Of a stretch of 37,317 nucleotides of DNA, positions 33,833-37,317 are shown piece by piece. The DNA lies in IMG/VR virus record IMGVR_UViG_3300028740_000013, positions 1 to 37,317 of that record. The stretch is one strand, 5' to 3'. Source of the DNA: a virus. Taxonomy: Duplodnaviria; Caudoviricetes. Below the pieces are notes generated by a model, which was not told where the DNA came from, ran no database searches, and worked only from the letters and a program-made list of their open reading frames with translations. Both the position numbers and the translations under genes were made by a program. Numbering within the stretch: position 1 is the stretch's first letter; each line of letters starts with the position of its first letter.

Positions 33833-34336
33833 TTAATTCGTCAGCTTGACGACGCCGATGCCAGCACCGGTGAGGTTGAAACGCGAAATGGTCGCGTTCG
33901 GAATGTTCACGTCGCCACCTGCCGCTGCGCCGCCGGGGGCGTGCGTGGTGATTGCGCCCGTTGCGACTGTGTAGTCCACGAGGTCGCCGACTTGGCAGGC
34001 CGCGGGGAGCGACACGAGCAACTCGCCCATCGTCACAAACTCGCCCGGGGTGTACTGCGGCAAGTCCAGTGACGCCGCCAGCGGGCCCCCCGCCGTCGTG
34101 CCGCGAAGGGCGTAGACCTTGGGGTTGGCCAAGATGCCATAGAACGGAGTGCCCGCGGTGATCGTACCGCCGACGATGCAATGGCCGTCGGCGCCGGCAA
34201 CCTGCGTAAAGGCGTAACCAACCGTATTGGGACCGACGGAGTCGATGATGCCGGGTTGCGCCCGCGACGGGCCGTCGAGATAAAGCGTGCCGATGCTGCC
34301 GATACCGAGCGCCGCGCGCACTGTGGACTGGACCAT
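33833..34336 (-). CDS. Head decoration/cement protein
   Basis: GGAG RBS; DGPSRA, GILANPK; lies between protease and capsid. Confidence 0.75.
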   Translation of the reverse strand: MVQSTVRAALGIGSIGTLYLDGPSRAQPGIIDSVGPNTVGYAFTQVAGADGHCIVGGTITAGTPFYGILANPKVYALRGTTAGGPLAASLDLPQYTPGEFVTMGELLVSLPAACQVGDLVDYTVATGAITTHAPGGAAAGGDVNIPNATISRFNLTGAGIGVVKLTN

Positions 34337-34351
34337 AGTAAAAAGCTCCTA

Positions 34352-35701
34352 TTAGACCGCGGACGACGTGAGGTAGGCGGCGACCGGCGATTTGCCCGGC
34401 TTACGCTGTGCCGAATCGAGCGCAAAAACATTGCTACGATTGGCGGGGGTGCGGCAGTGCAGGTAGGCGTTAACGGCGGCGACTTCTTGGCCCGCGGCGA
34501 CGCCCGGGATGCCGAGGGTCTTAACGCCGTATGCGGCGACTTCCGCGGTGGTCATTTGGGCGGCGTCGAAAGCCCCAACGAAACCAGACAGTTTGCCGGC
34601 GAGCGCATCGCGCGCGGCAACTTCGGCCAGAAGGGCTTTCGCATCCAGGGCCTTCGGCGCCTTGGAAAAATTGGCAATTGTGGCCTCCGCGGCCTTAAGC
34701 CGGGCGTCCATGCCGCTCAGGCACTTGGCGTCGACGGCGGGGGCTGCAGCGGCGGCAGCAGGGACAACGCCCTTCTTTTTCATCTGCGGTTTGCCGAACG
34801 CGTCCATGACGGCCTTGCCTTCCGCGTCGAGGACCGGCTCCATATCTTCGTCACCGGCGGGGGGTATGACTTCGTCACCGTCCGGCTCGCCCGACAAGCC
34901 CTTGATTGCTTCGGCCAGCTTGGTCAGCACCGGAAGCATGCCCATGAGGTCGGAAACCTTGGGGTCCTTACTGCCCTCGCCTTCCGCTTCGGCCTCTTCG
35001 GCGTCCATGGCGGCGGTGACCGCGGCGGGATTGGCCGCAATGGCGGCTTGCAATTTGGCCGGGTCGGTCACACTGAGCGCGTTCATGAGCCGCGCGCGGA
35101 GCTTTTTGGGAGTCACCATTGGTCGAACCTCGTTTGAATCGAAGGCGAATGACAGGGAGTCGAGCACCGCGACGCCGGGCCCCATACGGCCGCTGTCAAC
35201 GTCCGCGATGTGGTTGCCCCGGGGGTTACGTTGGATTGCATCGAACGGTTGCCCTTCAAAAGTCCCGCTCGCTAATTCATACACGCAACGGAAGCCGCAA
35301 GAAAGCTCCTTTTTCCCGGCGTCGATTAGGGCGGCCAATTGGCGCCCCCAAATTTTCAAATTGGCGTAAAGCGTCCGCGTTTCGGGGTCGTACTCGACTT
35401 GCTCCCCGATCGTGCCTTGCGCGCCCTTCTTTTCGACCGGCATAAGCCCCTCGGTATCACCCAAAAGCACCGGGGGGTGGTCAACCGTAATCGGAATGAG
35501 ACGGAATGACGCAATCGCCTCCGGCGCGCTAAGCTCTTGCTCGGGCCGATAGACGCGATAAATCCGCCCGGGATCGGCCGGTTGGTCGGTATTGGTAAAC
35601 CTGCCAATTTGGGCGCCGCTGTATGGGAAGACGCCCACGCGGGAAATTGGATTGCGCGGGACTTCGTACCACCCATTAAAATCAGGAATGCGCACGGTCA
35701 T
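34352..35701 (-). CDS. Prohead protease/scaffold (DUF2213-like)
   Basis: NPISRVGVFPY, VYRP..EL, ELSCG, NHIA.VD.GRMG; acidic helical C-terminus. Confidence 0.88.
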   Translation of the reverse strand: MTVRIPDFNGWYEVPRNPISRVGVFPYSGAQIGRFTNTDQPADPGRIYRVYRPEQELSAPEAIASFRLIPITVDHPPVLLGDTEGLMPVEKKGAQGTIGEQVEYDPETRTLYANLKIWGRQLAALIDAGKKELSCGFRCVYELASGTFEGQPFDAIQRNPRGNHIADVDSGRMGPGVAVLDSLSFAFDSNEVRPMVTPKKLRARLMNALSVTDPAKLQAAIAANPAAVTAAMDAEEAEAEGEGSKDPKVSDLMGMLPVLTKLAEAIKGLSGEPDGDEVIPPAGDEDMEPVLDAEGKAVMDAFGKPQMKKKGVVPAAAAAAPAVDAKCLSGMDARLKAAEATIANFSKAPKALDAKALLAEVAARDALAGKLSGFVGAFDAAQMTTAEVAAYGVKTLGIPGVAAGQEVAAVNAYLHCRTPANRSNVFALDSAQRKPGKSPVAAYLTSSAV

Positions 35702-35895
35702 TTAGGCTCGCCCCGCTTGGCCGCGGCCTTCGCTTTGGCGGCGTCGAACACGGTATTTATTTCCGTTTCGGAAATTGTCTTGCCGGGATTTACCGCCTCG
35801 AAAAGCCACTTAAGCGCCTTTGCACCGTTGTAGGTTTTGCCGTCCGGGTTTAACGCCGCCTCACCTAACGTCGCTGCGTGCGGTTGGTCGCTCAT
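35698..35895 (-). CDS. Small hypothetical protein (65 aa)
   Basis: ATGA overlaps at both ends; ends in GEPK* like the upstream gene. Confidence 0.7.
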   Translation of the reverse strand: MSDQPHAATLGEAALNPDGKTYNGAKALKWLFEAVNPGKTISETEINTVFDAAKAKAAAKRGEPK

Positions 35896-35911
35896 TTAGG
35901 CTCGCCCGCTT
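35698..35911 (-). repeat. Direct repeat, 16 bp exact (35698-35713, 35892-35907), ~20 bp with one indel
   Basis: TCATTTAGGCTCGCCC(C)GCTT. Confidence 0.85.
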
Positions 35912-36764
35912 CAAACTGAATTACCGGGACCATTGTACACCGGCAGTTGATCGCTTGACCAGGGATGCCGCGTTCCCCGTTTTCCTCAATGATCGGCGGC
36001 TTGTCGAACCGGTAAATTTTGCCGCTCATGTCTTGGTGCATGCGCCGCGGGTGCAGGCCGCCGCCCGAATGCACCCACTCGTAAGATTTGACGCCGACCG
36101 CCTGCATGCGGCCCTTGTTAAAACCGTTGTACGCCTTGTGCGTTTGGTCGATTGCGATGTTCTTGGCACGGCGGGCCGTCATGCCCTCTTGCTGTTCGAA
36201 GAACGGCACGAGGTCTTCAAGGCCGTGCCCGCTCGTAATTGAGCGCATGACCTTGCTTTCGATCTTGGCGAAGTACTCCGCGGGGATGGATTTAATCAAC
36301 GACACGTTTTCGCTGATAGACGCCTTAAGCATCTCGCGCATGCGACCCTTGATAAAATCCGTCTTGAGCGACAGGCCGCCGGAAAGCTCTTTTAGGCTTT
36401 CGTACGTGGCCGATGCGCTGGCCCGGTCCGCCTGCCCGAGCATCGTTTGCGCGAGGTCCGACGCGTCGCCGCCAAATATCTGCGACCATTTGTCACGCAA
36501 CGCGCGGGACAGGATGCGGGTTTGAGACGCCGGGCTGATATCCATCGCCTGCCCGAAATGCGCCGCAACGTCGGGATGCGCGAGCAATCGGGCAAACTGG
36601 CGGGACACGTCGGCGCACATGGCGACCACGAGCGCGTCAAGTTTCGCCGCGTATCGCAGCGCCACGCCCGCCGGCAACGCCAGCCGCCTGCCCCGCATCA
36701 CGCCGTCGTGATTACGAGCCGCGGCCCAAGCCGCGCGACGGTTAGTGAGAAGCTTGCGCGCCAT
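35892..36764 (-). CDS. Mu gpF/SPP1 gp7-like minor head morphogenesis protein
   Basis: NVSLIKSI, RAKNIA.DQT.K, PGQAINCRC; start MARK at 36764. Confidence 0.9.
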   Translation of the reverse strand: MARKLLTNRRAAWAAARNHDGVMRGRRLALPAGVALRYAAKLDALVVAMCADVSRQFARLLAHPDVAAHFGQAMDISPASQTRILSRALRDKWSQIFGGDASDLAQTMLGQADRASASATYESLKELSGGLSLKTDFIKGRMREMLKASISENVSLIKSIPAEYFAKIESKVMRSITSGHGLEDLVPFFEQQEGMTARRAKNIAIDQTHKAYNGFNKGRMQAVGVKSYEWVHSGGGLHPRRMHQDMSGKIYRFDKPPIIEENGERGIPGQAINCRCTMVPVIQFEAGEPK

Positions 36765-37317
36765 CCGTAGACCTTGCAATTTTCAACAGAAGCTCCCGAA
36801 ACTCAGGGGGTGTTTTGGCCCGATCCCGCTTCTTATTTTTACCGCCGATCCGACCCGTCATGCCACAACGACGCGCATATTTATACCCGTGAGTCTTAAG
36901 CAGAACCGGGTCCAAACGTTGCCCCGACGACCCCCACTTAAGCTCGGGCCGATCCGTGCCGACCGCATACAGCCACGTCATTTTGCGTCCATAGTGGCCG
37001 TAGTGCCCTTGCTCGACACAACACGCCCACCCGCCAAAATCATCAACGGGCACCCACCCACCTTTACGTGGCGGCTTTTTCAAACCGAAAGCGGCATAGG
37101 CGTGGGTGTCTGCAGGATGCTCTAGAACGCCACCCCAACACCGCACCGCCATAAGCGCCGCAGCAAAACAGCCCCCATCATTACCGAGCCGGTATTTATT
37201 TTTGTCGGGCTTTAGGGGCGACCCGAACCACATGCGCCCCCAGCGCTCGCATGGCGGATGCGCGACGACCGGGTACGGGCCGGGGTAGCTCCGTGCATCT
37301 CGCGCTTCGTCCCAAGG
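36742..37317 (-). CDS. Small C5-cytosine methyltransferase-like protein, 5'-truncated
   Basis: Frame is open to the window edge: WDEARDAR..PVVAHPPC (motif IV-like), VLEHP (VI-like), Q..YGH..RK.TWLY (VIII-like), RAKTPPEF. Confidence 0.6.
   Translation of the reverse strand, partial: PWDEARDARSYPGPYPVVAHPPCERWGRMWFGSPLKPDKNKYRLGNDGGCFAAALMAVRCWGGVLEHPADTHAYAAFGLKKPPRKGGWVPVDDFGGWACCVEQGHYGHYGRKMTWLYAVGTDRPELKWGSSGQRLDPVLLKTHGYKYARRCGMTGRIGGKNKKRDRAKTPPEFRELLLKIARSTDGAQASH

Noticed and set aside
31451-35369. Long + strand ORFs (31451-32626, 32716-33597, 34181-35137, 34509-35369)
   Set aside because: Antisense shadows of GC-rich head genes with no recognisable motifs, unlike the nested nuclease
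1-37317. tRNA, rRNA, CRISPR array, integrase/att site, terminase, portal
   Set aside because: None recognised; terminase and portal probably lie beyond the right edge

Overview
About 37 kb of a GC-rich dsDNA tailed phage (contractile-tail myovirus). Its structural gene set is Bcep781/PB1/JD001-like (DUF2213, DUF2184, DUF4054, DUF3383, DUF2612 families), and a GcrA homologue suggests an alphaproteobacterial host. The + strand (1-17.8 kb) carries a 5'-truncated receptor-binding/structural gene, an intein-containing SF2 helicase, small accessory genes, a TetR-like HTH, an NrS-1-type primase-helicase, a Cas4-like nuclease, an SSB and a family A DNA polymerase. The - strand (17.8-37.3 kb) carries head, neck, tail, baseplate and lysis genes plus two small methyltransferase-like genes. 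Main finding: the helicase intein has no in-frame endonuclease, but a complete Zn-finger/Vsr(DUF559)-like endonuclease gene with its own RBS is nested in its +1 frame and overlaps both splicing regions. Also notable are accessory genes bracketed by duplicated gene junctions, a repeated TTGAC-N6-GTCAR promoter/operator palindrome, and two probable -1 frameshifts. All family calls come from reading motifs by eye; no searches were run.
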